From Lama guanicoe (Eukaryota): 64,000 nt of DNA. Of this stretch, positions 41,741 to 56,146 are shown piece after piece. The notes beneath the pieces were generated by a model. It did no database searches. It was not told the origin of the DNA and worked only from the letters and a program-made list of their open reading frames with translations. A program made the position numbers and the translations under genes. The stretch covers positions 6,730,122-6,794,121 of the forward strand of contig MU053810.1 of the NCBI GenBank assembly GCA_013239625.1, in the 5' to 3' direction. Numbering within the stretch: position 1 is the first letter of the stretch; the number at the start of each line of letters is the position of its first letter.

Positions 41741-44700
41741 CATGCACAACTGTGACGTATTACAGTCTCAAGGAATTTATAGGCAAGGGCTCTGGCCTTC
41801 CGGCCAGCCATGCTCTGACTCATACATGCATCCTTAGCACAGGTACCTCCACCCTGAGGTCTCCTAATTGGAAGACCTTGAAGTCATTTTTCTCCACTCT
41901 GACTCAGTACTGAGTACTTTTCCATTCCTAGTTCTTCCCCTGGCCTCTGGGTCCACAAAACTGCCAGGGCCTTTTGTCTGGGGCTCCTTCTGCAGTGAGA
42001 CGATTCCCCACACCTGTGCTGACCCATCTGCCCCTTTCCTGATGCCATTTCCATGGGAGACAATGGAACAGTGGGGACGCCAGCACTTGCTCTGTGTCAG
42101 CCTCTTGCTGATGCTATTGCCGTGAGTGCTGAAAGGCTCGACTGCTACTTTTATTTTGCCTTGTGGCCTTAATCAGGTATTTTGACACCTGGCAGCTCAG
42201 CTCCCTTCAGCTCAGCTTAGATCTTGACAGGACTCTTTCAATACAACTTTATCTTATTATTTTCTGAACAGTCTTTTAAAAATACAGAAGTTGACTGAGA
42301 ATAATAGAACCTTGATATCTGCACACCACACAAATTAATAATAAACATGTATAGTTTTGTGATTCTTTGCTTTTGGCTTTTAGATAACCAAATAGAAGCT
42401 TCTTAATTCCCCTCCGTAGTTCCACTGTCTCCTACCTTCTCCAGAGGCAAGCACTAAAATGAATTTGATGTATATGCATCCAGGGCATTTTTTCTACTTC
42501 TGTTCCATTTATATGTATCCATAAATAATATATAACCTCATATTGTGAGTTTTAAAATTTGTATATAAGTGGTAAATTGTATATTAGCCTTTTGAAATTT
42601 ATAGTGAATTGAATTAAACTGTTCCAGTTTCCATTTAGGCCAAGTCAAATCCAGATCTCTTTTCTAATCTTTCATTTTTCCCCAACTCCTATATCTCATT
42701 ACTAAAGCCAAGGAGAATTAGATGAAAATTGGCATTATCCTCAACAGGGTTACAGGAATAAGGAAGCTATATCTCTGTTGGGAGATCTCTCTTTATAAAA
42801 AAGTGGGCATATAATTTCCTTGAAAACAGGATCCAAATAAATTTTCAGAGCTCTTTGAAAACAGGGGATCTGTTACTGTCTAAACCCTGCCACGCTCTGG
42901 TCTCTCTCTTGAGGAGTAACGGGATTAACAGAAACTAGTTGAAAATGCAGAACTCAGTAGGAATGCCCTAGATGGCCACAGAGTTGAGGTTTGCTGTTGT
43001 TGGTCCTGACTCTGAAGGTGATAAGGAGTTAGAGGCATCTCCCAGACGAGGGACTGTATAAGGTGGTGTTCTCCACGTGAAAGCTGGCCCAGGGTTAGAA
43101 AGTAAGAAACCAGGCAAGGCTGAGACCGGGGTCTCTTCTTGGGCCACAGAACTAAAGCAGTACATTTCCTGGATCTAATGAGGATAAAAGAAAGTCAAGT
43201 TGGGGGCTCAGTATATTTAGGAAAAGGCAGAGAGACTTGGTTGACCACTCTATCACACTCGTTCATTTACTCAGCTCTTCATTCACTCATTTATTCAACA
43301 AATATTTGAGTTTATGTGACAGGTACTGTGCCAAGAAAAGAACAATATACTAGTAAGTAAAAATATGCAGTCCCTGAACTCGTGGATTTGAAACCAAATG
43401 AAGAAGAGATCCATAAATAAGTCAATAAAATAGTACTAATGATCAATTATTTTAAATGTTACTGATGAGGCAGACAGCATGCAAAGGTAGGAGACAACAG
43501 TGAGGGAGGGTCCTCTGGGTAAAGGAGGCCAGAAGGCAGGACAGAGAACTGAACTTCAGCCACATGACAAGCAGTGGACAGTAATTCCAGGCAGAGATCA
43601 CAGCCTGTCTATTTGTGCAGAGTTTCGCAAGTCATGAGGAAGTTGAAAGAAATAGAATTACCCAGATAGTGCTCTCCTGACACTAACAGAGTAGGGGTTT
43701 TACTTTAGGAAGTGAGTTAAACTCCTCTGCCTGTGGCGAATGCCTGGGACTGACTCTTATTTGGAGTTTTCTCTGCTCAACAGTACAGAATCTGTTACAA
43801 AGAGCCACAAGTCTGTAGATACTCAGATATCTATAATAAAGGTTGGGATTTTTGCTTAATGTTAAAATAAGACTGAATTAAACTCTGATATTATATGGTG
43901 TAGATTTTTTTCCACAACTATGAAGTTAGACACTCATGAATTCAGACCATGTGTTTTAAAATTACTGGCCCTGAAACTTTTTATCAAAGAAGAAAAGCTT
44001 TGCCCTTTTGATAACACTATCCACAGCTGAAAAAAAATTTTTTTTTTTAAAGCTGCCTTGGGAATTTGTTCTAGAATTTTTTGGTAATTCTATGGGAAAG
44101 TTACCAGTCAACATACGACCTGTTTATAATTTTGGCCATATCGATGGAAGGAATGTGATAAATGTCACAGCCCTTTACATGCGAAAGGCACAAGGAGGTA
44201 AAAGTATCTTAAAAAAATGTAAATATAAATCAAGGCCTTTCCTTGCTTGAGATGAACTCATAGTCCATTTCCTCGGCAGCAGAGGTGGCCCCAGCTGTAG
44301 ACCATGTGCTTGGAAGTTAGCACCTCTCGGCCTCCTGGTCTGCATGTCGTACTTTTTGCAGGCTAGTCCCTCAACACTAGAAGCCTGTCGACTACGGCAT
44401 CATTGCCCATTGGGGACAGGAAAAACAAGCCAGCTTATTTTGAGCATTTGGAGAACTAGCAGACTGCAAAGTGGTCCCACCTTGACTCTCGATCACAACA
44501 GGGCAACTTTATAAATGTGGTGCTTAATTAAAACATCACTCAGAGATGTGGCTGGATCCCACACTTACCTTGGTTCACCTTATGTGGGATAATCTACATA
44601 AAGTGTCTCACACACGGTAGGTGCTTGGTGCATGGTAGAATTATCCTCCCTTCCAAGGGTCCTGGGGGGGGGTAGTTCATTGTGGAAGCATGTTGGCTAC

Positions 44701-47700
44701 ACCTACTTTAACCTGCTCTGCAGTAAGCTTTGAAAATCATGACTGTTCTGAGGTTATATAAGCTTATCTCCGTCTTAGGGGAAGCTTAAAATAGTCTTAG
44801 ACTCAGGCATTCCTTCTTTGGGACTATTCCCAGGCTCGACTGTCTCGCTGCAAGAAGCAGTCATCAGAAATGGAAATCTTCCAGGGCAAAGGGTGTGTGA
44901 TGCAGCGTCTCCTGTGGTATTCGGGGGAGCCATCAGGTTGGCTTTGGAGGCTGAAGCGTTACAGAACTTAGGGACAAGTCTCTGGTACTGGTGCAGGGAA
45001 GGAAGAGCTCACAGCTGCTGGGACACCTGGGATATGGAGCACAGTGTCAGGAGATGACGTGGAAGGGAACACAGGGCCTGGCCTTGGGCTTCAGATCCTG
45101 GCTCTGCTAGGTATCAGCCCTGTGAGTTGGAGAGCTTCTTTCACAGTGGGTCCTGCTCTCACCACACTGGGAGGGGAGCTATGATTTCCTTAGTCTGTGT
45201 CACAGGACATCAGGGGGATGGATGAGGTGGTGTCGGGCACCCTCACCCACCTGATCTTCTGCAAGTTAATGTCTGCTCTCCTCCGTCTGAGTGTGGAACA
45301 TCTCTCTGCGTGCACCCTGACCAGAGCCGCACCCCCAAGACTAACGTACGTGGGCTAGAATCCCATCCACAGCTGATATTGGATTATTTTCCTCCAGGCT
45401 CTGTATATCCATTCAACACTTCTTACCTGCCTAACTGTCTGCCAGGCAGAGTTAGTGCCGAACGCGAATGCACGGCTGGGAAAACCCTGGCAAAGAAAAC
45501 AGGATGCTGCCCTGTCTTGCAAACTGTGGTTAATTTAGTAAGGGAGAGAGATAATACCTACATAAACACACAGATAAAGAAATAATTTCAAATTGTCATC
45601 AAGGAAAACAAAACTAGGTTCAGTGATAGAAAATCATGGAAGGAGAGGTTTTGGTAAGATGATCAGGAAACGTCCCTGGGAAGAGTGACATCTGAGCAGA
45701 GACTTGGAGGATGAGCAAGATGGATGCCGTGCTCCGTCACGGGGTTGCCTGGTGCGGCACCGCTGTGAGGAGCCCCCGACTTCCTGGTGCTAATCTCCCC
45801 TCTCTTCCTTATCAATTCTCTCCCCAGAGCAGCCCTGACTTTTTCATTCTGTGCTGTGAGTGGGGCATGTCTCCAGCCCAGTTTGCCCCAGGCAGGTCTG
45901 CACTATCGCTCTTCCTCCGGCCCTTTCCGGCTTCCACTTCCTACCAGAAATGATTTCTGTAAAACATCCATTTATTTATGCGCACGACAGACTGAAACCA
46001 TTGCGTGCTGGGTAACTTCAAGTCTTAAAGCACGTTTTCCTTCAGTGTGAATGTGGCCTGATGCCAGACACAGCTGGAGATCCCCAAGCAAACTGTTCTC
46101 AGGGGAATAAAATGTCCAAATGATTCCCAAATTAATTTGATCTCACACAGCAACCTCATTTTTTCTTCCATTCTTCCACCTTGCAGCATTTTAATTTATA
46201 TGCCAATAAGCTACCATGTGCATTAACTTTGCAGTTGTAAGCCCTGTTCATTTATCAGTCACTTCACACTGTGTATGCCTCTCCAAGATTTAAATGCATG
46301 CATCTGCTTCAGTGTAAGACCAAACAGTTCTGTGTGTCAACAAAGGAAACATCCAGAAAAAAATCCGCCAGCTTTTATGCTTTAATACCAAACAAATGAA
46401 TAAAAACTCGATCGTTTAAGATTGATCATCTCAAATAAACCACTGTGTAAAGGTTATATGTGTTACATTCTACAGTAACTTAATAAGGGTCCTGTCTGAT
46501 TTTTTTTTCAGGATTTAAAAGTGATAGGTATCCAGCCCGTGCTTTCATTTCTTCCTGTTTTTTCCTGCCAAAAGGCATGGAATGATCCCCAGGTATTTTG
46601 AAAAAGTCAAAGTAGACTGTCAAATGAAAAGCAAATATCATTCTAAAAGTCAATGAAGGTCTCACACCAGCGCTTCTTTCCATATTTATCTGCAGTACAT
46701 AGAGAATGTAATTTTATAAAATGTAGGTTTTCAAAGAAATCTCAAGCTCTCAGCAAATCAAATTCAATTAAAGTAATGATTACCACAGACCACTAGCTCC
46801 ACTGCCACCAAGGTGAAGGGCAAGAATCCAGCCACAGGTCTCTCTCATATCTTCCTCTGAGATAATGGTACTAATACTCCTGAGGTGAACAGGGAGGTGG
46901 CAAGAAAAGCCACAAATGTCTGATCTGAGAAAAAAAATGGATTCATTCCACTTTATTAAACAAAATCCGTTCATTGTATGCTCAATTCAAATCAAGTGAA
47001 TCCAGCCATCCTTTGCTGGATTCAAATGCTTCCCACTGAATTTAGGATACAATCCTAACTCCTTGACTTAGCCTGTCTACCTCCCGAGCTCCTCCCATCC
47101 TCACTGCGCTTCAGCCACTCCCAGCTTCTTTTTGATCCTCAAACATGTCAAAGCCTATTCCTTCCTCAAGGTTTTTTCACTCACCTTTTTTTTTTTTCTT
47201 GGCCTAGAATGCTGTGGCTGTGGGTGTTCACTAAAACGGCTCCTTCTCTTCATCTGAGTCTTGTCTCACATGCCTCTTCGTAGAGAGGTCTCTGAAATCC
47301 TTATCTGTTTATTAGCCAACATTATTTTCTGTCTCTTCTACTAGCATATAAGATCCTTGAGAGCAGGGGTCTTGTCTCTCATGAACTGCTCTATCCTCAA
47401 AAAGCAAATAGATAGCTAGTTCAGACCACAGGAAATGCACAAAGGGAAGAAACAAACAACACAGGATCTTCAGAGAACGGGCAGGAACAGCCCAGGCTCT
47501 TCAATGGCTGGGGGTCAATATTATCACCATGGTGTAAAGACATCCCAGGGTGATAAGGAACAGCACCAGCTCTTCTAAAGTTGGGGGTGGGTAGGACGGG
47601 GTGAGAAGCATTCATAAGGAGACTTGCAAAATGGATTGGAGCCTCTGGGTTCGGAACTGAAGGTCCCACTGTATTTCAGGGAAGGTAAATTGTCCTTTCA

Positions 47701-48437
47701 ATGAATCATAAAGAACCTCTTCCAGGCTTTTGAAATTTGCAAGTTATCATTTGTAAGATAAAATCCTTTCAAAATTTTACTAACCTCAAAAAACTTTTGG
47801 GAACAAATGAAGAAAAAGACATGAAATATATTCAGTTTTATCAGCTTGCTGCTGAGTCAATTTTCAGGCTAAAATGAAAATACTTTCATAGAATTCAGAT
47901 GCTTCGGCACTTCCCACTTACCCGAATTCCTGAGAGCTCAACTCTGTGTTCCTCCAAGTCTGAAATATCTTAGTCCCCCTGAGGGCTTCCTCTGAGAAGA
48001 AAATCTCTGAGAAGAAAATCACCCCCAGCTCCCAGGGCCATCACCAGGCCCCGAAGGCTTCCAGGGGTCCCTAAAGCTCTCAGGCAAATGAGTCACTGCT
48101 CTCCAGTCTCAGTGCCAGGATGTAATGCCTTTTGACACAAATCTGACAGTTCTGCAATCTGGTGCTTGTGACATTCCAACATCTTATAAGCAGAGGCTGT
48201 TCTAAAGCAAGGCAAACCGATTTACCTCCCACGCAGTCCCAAATTCAAAAGTGGTTTGCTGCCCAGGTGACAGATCGTGGGAGGGTTATTAGTCACATGT
48301 AATATCTACTTCTTCTGCCGCATCACAACCTAAACTCTAGACACAGAGAGCCCAGGTTTACAAATATTAGTCAGTTAGGCTTAAAGCTAGTGCCAGTATT
48401 ATGTAAACATCTATGGTTTTACTTTCAACACGTTGAC

Positions 48438-48620
48438 AGTAGTTATGCTCAACGTTCAGTGCACGTTAGAATCACCCGGAGAGCTTTTCAGCTGCTGTTG
48501 CCCAGGCCTTACCTTATGCCAAATACATTAAGTACCTCTTTGGGTGGGATTCAGATGTGAGTAATCTTCAAATCTCCTAGTTGTTTCCAGTGTGTGTGTG
48601 ACCAAGTTTAAGAATCACTG
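48438..48620. mobile_element. MER5A-like MITE
   Basis: gtgcacgttagaatcacccggagagcttt...ccaagtttaagaatcactg. Confidence 0.65.
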
Positions 48621-48947
48621 AACTACAGAAAGCTCTGGATATAGAACCCAATGTGCCTTCTTGGCTTCCTTCAAAATTCTCTATGTAACAAACGCCTTTA
48701 TTTATATATGACGCACACGGAGGCAAACTGAATGAATCCATGGCTGAAAGAAGCTGGGATGGTGATTACACTAGCAGGCAGGGAAGGCTGTAACAGAAGG
48801 AAACTAAGGGATGTTTTGCGAGAGCTGATCATGTTTTGTTGTTTTCAGTTTGTGAAGATTAATCAAGCTGCACCTTTATGATATGTGTACTTTTCTGCAT
48901 ATATAATATATTAAACAAAAGTAAAAAAACCCAAAACTTCTCTTGAC

Positions 48948-49025
48948 TGGGACATTGTGCTGTCTACCAGAAACTGACACATTGTAACAGACCATACATG
49001 CATTAAAAACAAACAAACAAACAAC
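48948..49025 (+). mobile_element. Tiny L1 3' terminus with (AAAC)n tail
   Basis: gggacattgtgctgtctaccagaaactgacacattgtaac, the reverse-complement equivalent of the young L1 end at 49520-49580. Confidence 0.7.
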
Positions 49026-49513
49026 TACTTCTCTCTCTCCTTATACTTTCTTTCCTCCTTCAAATGGGTATTTTGAAATGTTATTTCCAAAATGTTAAGC
49101 TGGTCCAAGATTAAATAAAGCTATACTTCAACACTGAAACCAGCAAAGTTAAATTTAACAAGATTGAGTGATACTGCTAATATTAAAACAGATACTTCAT
49201 GACATATTTAAGATGAAATTAAAAGATCTCTTTCAGCACTGGCGTTCAACAGAATAGTAGAAGAGTACTCTCTTTCTTTCTGTTTTTTTAACAGTTCTCA
49301 TAAAAAATTAAATCTATGTTTGTCTTCTTCCTTTGGAATCTAAACTCCATGATGGCAGGGACCATGTCTCCCTTCTTTACCATGTAATTTACCTTGCTTA
49401 GCACACAGCATAGAGTATTTGCTTAATAAATGTTTTTGGAGGGATGAAAGGATGAAAAAATAAATTAACAAGTTCCTGGAACAGAAGCTCTCTCCTTATG
49501 GGCCCTATCTTTT

Positions 49514-49956
49514 TTTTTTCAATCGAAGTATAATCAGTTACAGTGTATCAATTTCTGGTGTACAGCATAATGTCCCAGTCATGCATATACATACAAATAA
49601 TCATTTTCATATTCTTTTCTATTAAAGGTTATTACAAGATATTGAATACAGTTCCTTGTGCTATACAGACGAAATTTGGGTGTTTTTTTTTTAAATCTGC
49701 TTTTAAATATAGTGGCTAACATTTGCAAATCTCAAACTCCCAAATTTATCCCTTCCCACCCCCTTTCCCCTGGTAACCATAAGATTGTTTACTATGTCTG
49801 CAAGTCCATTTTTATTTTGTAGATGAGTTCATTAGTGTCCTGTTTTCTTCTTTTTTTAGATTCCAAATGTGAGTGATGTCATATGTTATTTTTCTTTCTC
49901 TTTCTGGCTTGCTTCACTTAGAATGACGATCTCTATGTCCATTCATGTTGCTGCAG
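49514..49956 (-). mobile_element. Young, 5'-truncated L1 (3' UTR only) with perfect 16-bp TSD
   Basis: TSD atgggccctatctttt at 49498-49513 and 49957-49972; poly-T followed by aatcgaagtataatcagttacagtgtatcaatttctggtgtacagcat. Confidence 0.93.
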
Positions 49957-49986
49957 ATGGGCCCTATCTTTTGAATACTTTATGTG

Positions 49987-50215
49987 TGGTTGACTCTTCA
50001 ACAATACAGGTTTGAACTGCATGGATCCACTTATACCTGGATTTTTTTCAGCAGTAAATATTACAGTGCTACAGGATCCACGATTATTTCAATCAGTGGA
50101 TGAGGAACCACAAATGAGGAGGACCTTGGTACAGAGGGGGTTGATTATATGCAGATTTTTCAACTGCGCTGACAGTCGGTGCCCCTAAACTCTGGCGCTG
50201 TTCAAGGGCCAACTG
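49987..50215. mobile_element. MER8-like (Tigger2-derived) MITE
   Basis: TIRs (tg)gttgactcttcaacaa...gttcaagggccaactg followed by TA; ggtttgaactgcatggatccacttata. Confidence 0.82.
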
Positions 50216-50680
50216 TATATTTTTTTTTAATCTGTCTACAAGCTGATACTGACTGAAATATTTCTCTGATAATATCACCTCTTGTTTCAAAACAGTTAAA
50301 CCTTCCCTTTCATCAAATTGCAAGTTCTCCACACTTGGCGGGACACATCCCAGGGACTCAACCGAGACCTGGGACATGGACATCTTCTCGCCCCACATTT
50401 TCCTGTGTCAATATCTGCAAAGTGTCTCTCCATTTTTCACGGTCCTAGACAGTGGCATTCCAAAGGGTGCCTTAGCTTAGTTGATGTTCATAAGTAACTT
50501 GGGTGCATACAGACATATGACAGCCAAGGCCTGTCAAAGTCTGCCTCACTAATCTGAAATCACAGCAGGACAGAAAGACCAGAGCCTAATAATCAAAAGA
50601 ATACTCACATGATTGAAGGAGAGACAAGTGTAATAAAGGAAATATTGATAATACAATAAAGTGCTGGATTATCCTTAAGT

Positions 50681-50873
50681 CAGTGGTTTTCAACCAGGAG
50701 TGATTTTGCTCCCTCAAAGGATGTTTGGCAATATCTGGAAGCATTTTTGGTTGTCACAACCGGGGCTGGGGTGTTACTGATATCTAGTTAGGCCATGGAT
50801 GCTGCCAAACATCCCAAAATGCACAGGGCAGCACCCTACAGCATGTCAGTAGGGCCAGGGATGAGAGGCCCTG
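50681..50873. mobile_element. MER20-like hAT-Charlie MITE
   Basis: cagtggttttcaaccaggagtgattttgctccc...tttggcaatatctggaagcatttttggttgtcacaac...ggatgctgccaaacatcc. Confidence 0.85.
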
Positions 50874-53800
50874 CTCTAAGATCATTAATGGGACCTAATG
50901 AAGTGTGGAAAATTCCTCAGCTGAAGGAAGGAAAAGGATGTTAATGTTTCATTTAAATGCATATTAATAATTTTATAAGCAGGTTGCTAACCATTTTAGA
51001 CAATCTCCACTTTTTTATTTTTTGGTAATATGCAGTGGAGATCAAAGCTGCAAAATCAATTAACAGGAAAAAGACTCAGTTAATATACAATTCATGATCA
51101 TTTGGCAATTTCTCCTTACTGTCGAATGACACAGCAATGCACGATATTAAAACATTTTTTTTTAACATCGGAAAAGAATGACAGCTTAAAATCATCTCAA
51201 GAATAGCAAAAGCAGTAGTGTTACTCATGAGATCTTGCCTGCTTAGTCAATAAATAAACCTCATTAAATAGAATTTGGTCCTCATGTACTTACATTATCT
51301 AAAAAGGTATGCTATACAAATCTCTAAATGGTGAGATAACTTCCTTCTCTTTGCTTGTCTATACTTCCTAAATTTTCTATAGTTAGTCAATTCTCACCTG
51401 TCACCTTTGGCTCCAAGCAACCACTGCTTTCCATTACTGTGAATTAGATTTGTACTTCCTGACGTTTCATGTAAGTGAAATTGTACAGTATATACTTTTG
51501 AGTGTCAATATGCTCATGTTTGTGAACATCAAGGTTGTTTCCGGTTTTTGGCCATTATGAATAAATAGAAAATAAATAACTTATTCTTTAAATAAATAAA
51601 TAAATAAATAGAAATTATTTTAAAATAGTAAATTCATTTAAAAATGTTTACATTTTTAAACACGAAAGAGTTTGTATTCTTTAATCCATGCATAGAGCGA
51701 CATACTGTATAGAAACAATTAGATTCAAATAGTCATATATAAAGTACTTCACTATGGAGTGGTTTAAATAAACTGAAACATTAAAAAAAAGGAGAAACTA
51801 AAAGTCTAGGAGTAGCTAAATAAATGTCGTTACTATAGCACATACATATAGTCAAACTTCTATGGAACTGTTATTAAGTATAATGCTGGTGAGTACTTAA
51901 TGACATAGGTAAATGAATAAACAAAAAAGATAACATTATTTACAGTAAGATCTAATTTTCCCACTTAGACAAAACTAATAGTGACCAAAATGTATGATTA
52001 TGCTACAATAGTTACCTCTGAGTGATAGAATATGAGTGATCTTAATTTGTGTCATACAGCTTTACATTTAATAAATTTCTAAATGCAGCATAAAAATTTA
52101 TGATCAGAAAAAAAATCAATCCACGTAGATGTTAGCGAACAAGTATCTGAATTAAAATTAGTTCATAATAGAGATCAGTGAGTTATCTTCGTATGTTGAT
52201 TTATACTATGTCAACAAATACTATTTAGCAATACAATTACATATACCAGGGACTCCACCCGCTACCATATGGTATCTCGGTAGATTTTATTCTTGGCTTC
52301 TCTCTCCCTCCTCTTTCCCTCAGGTTAGCGTAGGGACTACTGAGGACCCCAGGTGTAGAAGTCAGCCTGCTTCTCTGGTATGCAACACTTTTGCGACTTT
52401 ATAACGGATGAATTTGTTTTAACTGAATCATGTATAGCAGTTAAATGACATTTGCTCCTATGCTACATGTTTAAATGATTTAAATTTTAAATGCAGTCAT
52501 TTAGAACTTATTTAAACACCATAGGCAGCTATTCATGAAGTTCTGAAGAAAATATTAAGCACAATAAACAGGTAACTACAAAATCATCCCATAAACCCTT
52601 TTGTAAATAAAGAAGAAAGCCCTCAAAGGTCATCTACATTATCAGCTCTAACAAAACAATCTGAAGCTGCCCAAACTGTCACAAAAATAATTTTCATAGC
52701 CTTGAGATTCAGATTATTAGTTATATTATAGGTGTTTAATTCACTAGTCTACATGGTTGACGTTGCTTGAATAATTTCCCAGTACAGTTGCTGACAACCT
52801 GCAACAGATGTGGTCCCCAAACCCGGCTGCCTGCATCAGACACTGCAGACTGCATCTATCAGACCTGTTTCACTCCATGCTTATCCACCGAACAAGTCCA
52901 GTGAGTTTCCTGAGTCAATGATGGGCTACCTGCTCTGTCTCCAGGTGTTCTCCTGAGAGGTTAAAAAAAAAAATAGCCCCCAACTCAAACTATCCTTCAG
53001 AGTACATTCAGTCAGTGAACCCTTTAAAAACCAATTCTTCCAGAAAGCACCCTAAAACAATCTTCTTATAGGAGTGACATTTACAGAGAGCAGCCTGGGG
53101 CTTATCTGAGCGGTGCAGAGATAAGCTTGGCTTGAACAGAATGGCACTGGGTTATGTAAAAGGAAGAGGGACTGAGTGTGTAATGCTGAAGTCAGACCAG
53201 AGGGGAGGAGAGCACAGGGCTTCCCTGCAATTGTATTTAAGTTGGCCCTATACTAGGGGACCTCTCCAAGTCCGGCTCTTCAGTGAGGCCCGAACAAAGG
53301 CATCAATGATTCAACAATGAACACACACCAAATTTCTCTTTTTGTAAAAGGGCTGTATGTCAATAATTTCTTAAAAAATGTACTAGGAGATATGGCTTTC
53401 TCTTAAGTTGCAGTTCTGCACATGAAGGTCTTTGGAGTCAACTGTGATTTCACTCTTTGTAAATGCTAAATTTTACTCAAATATGATAAATTATTTTCCA
53501 ATATTAAAAAAATAGAAAGGAAAATTTAGGAAAACAAGCCTTCTAAACACAAATTTACCGTACTGGATAATGAATATTGTTAGTATCAAAGTAGAAAAAA
53601 CTCATTTTTCATTGATTAAATAGGTTGAATTATTTATCATTTGTTACAAGGCCAATAAAATCAGCCCACTATGATAAATTTCATTTTCACCCTTCAGGTG
53701 AAATGTCTCCATTTATTGCTCTAGTCTCTTTTTCCACTAAATGTTCAAAAAGCCTTGGCCATATGCAGATGAAGCCTAGTCAAAAAGTCTGTGATGTTTT

Positions 53801-54534
53801 GGATTTGAGCATAAGGAGAGAGCTTAGAGTCCAAATAGGAAACTACTTTTCTTTTCAAGATAGTATTTAATCTAAGACCAAAGGATGAAAAGGGTGCGGA
53901 CTAGAAGGAATAACTCTTTCATTATTTACAACATACTCACAATAGATGATGAGCAATGCATTTTAACAGTCATATGTCCTAAACCACATGCGACAGAATT
54001 AAAAAACGGTGCCACTGAAGAAGCCAGAAGTGGTGGAGGAAAGTCTGTCAGCAAGGAATAGTGTTTAATAGAAGAAATTCACCATCCTCTCTTCTGTTTG
54101 AACAGTGTTTTTGATTCAAGGATGGTCTTCATAGCACAACTTGTAATGATAAATACAGGAAACCACATAAATGTCTAACATGTGGTGACTTGTAAATGCA
54201 TTTTGGTCCATCCACATAATGGTAAGGTAAACAGTTATTAAACAGAATGTTTTTCAGTGATATGAAGAACAAATATATATTTAGGAAGGCAAGATAATGA
54301 TGAAACTGTCAACAAGTTATCCTTGTCATAGAATTATGGGTAATTTTTATTATCTTTCTATTTATCTTCAATTCTTACCTTTGATAATAATAATAAACAT
54401 TAAAATCACATTTAAAATTTAGAGAATAAATCTGAGTACTTTTACGGATGCAGGGAGAATCTAGGTGGGTTACAGTGAATGATAAATGATAATTTATCTC
54501 AACAATTTTTGAGAAATGTGTATTTATTTGGAGA

Positions 54535-54872
54535 TAGTTATTAGTCAACATTCAATGAGGCTAAGCTCCAGAAACAAACTCAGAAGGCCAGTAACTTAAA
54601 CAAAGGCTACATCTCACTCATGCAAAGTCCATTTGCCTCAGGCAGCCCTCCATCCTGCAGCCACCTCATGTAGGAACTACGTCCTCCGAAACTGCCTCAG
54701 CAGAGAAAGAGAAAGGTAAAGGGGACACTCTGGCTCAATCCATTTTACAAGTCAGTGTGCACATTTCATTGTCCCATCTGCTCATATGGCTCTCAAACTT
54801 ACCTCAAGGGAGAATGGGAAATGTAAAACAACACACAAATATTTGGTGAATGATATTTGGTCCCTGCTATAA
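54535..54872 (-). mobile_element. Old MLT1-type LTR
   Basis: attagtca...aggctaagctccagaaacaaac...aacttaaacaaagg...tctcactcatgcaaagtcc; highly diverged. Confidence 0.5.
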
Positions 54873-55064
54873 GGGTTCATAGAAAAGCTAATTTAAAATA
54901 ATTGAATCATGATCATTTTTTCACACACACGCACACAGCACATATCTTACACATCCATACTGAAAAATCTACCTTGAACTTCACAAAGCTCAATTCTTCA
55001 TGCTTTTCTTTGGTTTTCAAAGTTTCTAAAATGAACACATACTTATTTTCTTTTCCAAGTTGGT

Positions 55065-55760
55065 GAACATTTAAGGCATCCTCCACAAATTTTCACTGAG
55101 AACATTCTTAAACATGTCCACTTTTAAGCAAGTGTGAGTCTTTCTCTAAAGTATATATTTAGAAATAGTATTTTGGGGCTGTACATCATATATAATTTTA
55201 CATCTACACATGCAAAATGTACATATATTTTAAATTTGTATAAACACTGACAATTTGCATTCTAAAGTGGCTGTGCATACAAATACAACAAGTGAGAATT
55301 TTGGTTTCAGTTTCCACATATCCATACAGTGGATGAATGTGAAGTGGTATCTCTATTTCCATTTGCATTTCCTTAATTGCACTTAAGGTTGGGCATCTAT
55401 ACATATATATTGCCCACTTGTGTTTCTTCTTATATAAATTTTCTTTTGATTTACTTTACCTTGTCTCTATTTATTTCTTCACACAGAAGTTCTCAATTTT
55501 GATGATAAAAATCTGCCTTTATGGTTTTTGCTTTTTGTGTACTAGTCAAGAAGTCTTTTCAAGGTCACAAAGATAGTCTTCTGTATTTTTTCCTGAAAGG
55601 CTAATTTAAAATTTTTTCAAATTTATATCTCCAATTTTTCTGGATGTTCTCTGAGTGTATGTGTGTGTGTGTGGTGTGAGGTAAGGATCTAATTTTATTT
55701 CCTCCACATATAAGTCCTTGTCTCTAGCATTCACTGAAGACTCTTTCCTCTCTCCACTAT
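55065..55760 (-). mobile_element. Old antisense L1 (L1ME-like) 3' fragment
   Basis: gttggtgaacatttaagg...gaagtggtatctc...tttgcatttccttaatt...aggtcacaaagatagtcttctgtattt. Confidence 0.7.
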
Positions 55761-56146
55761 TTTTAAATGGTGCCTTGTTTGCATATAGGAGTGAAGTGGG
55801 GATGGGTGAAGAAAGAAAAGGTGACTGAAGGGAGCAGTTTAAGGAAGTCTCGCCCCGGGAACCTGAAATTTAAGTTGTGACCTGAAGGATAATGAAAAGT
55901 TAAACAGGGAACTTTGTTGTGGTGGTGAGGAACAGGAAGCCCTGAAGGGTCAAAAGAAATATAAAAGCAAAGGCTATTTTCTATCTCTCTTTTTTTTCTT
56001 TTTCCTTCTTTCTTTCTCTTTTTCCCAAAGAGGGAGCGGCCTTTGCAGTGGCAGTTTGGGGTGGGCACTGCCGAGGTGAGGGGGCCTCGCCTTCTGCACG
56101 CTGGTAGATGCCTAGACAGCCAGGTTACTTCAGACTGCTCTTTACA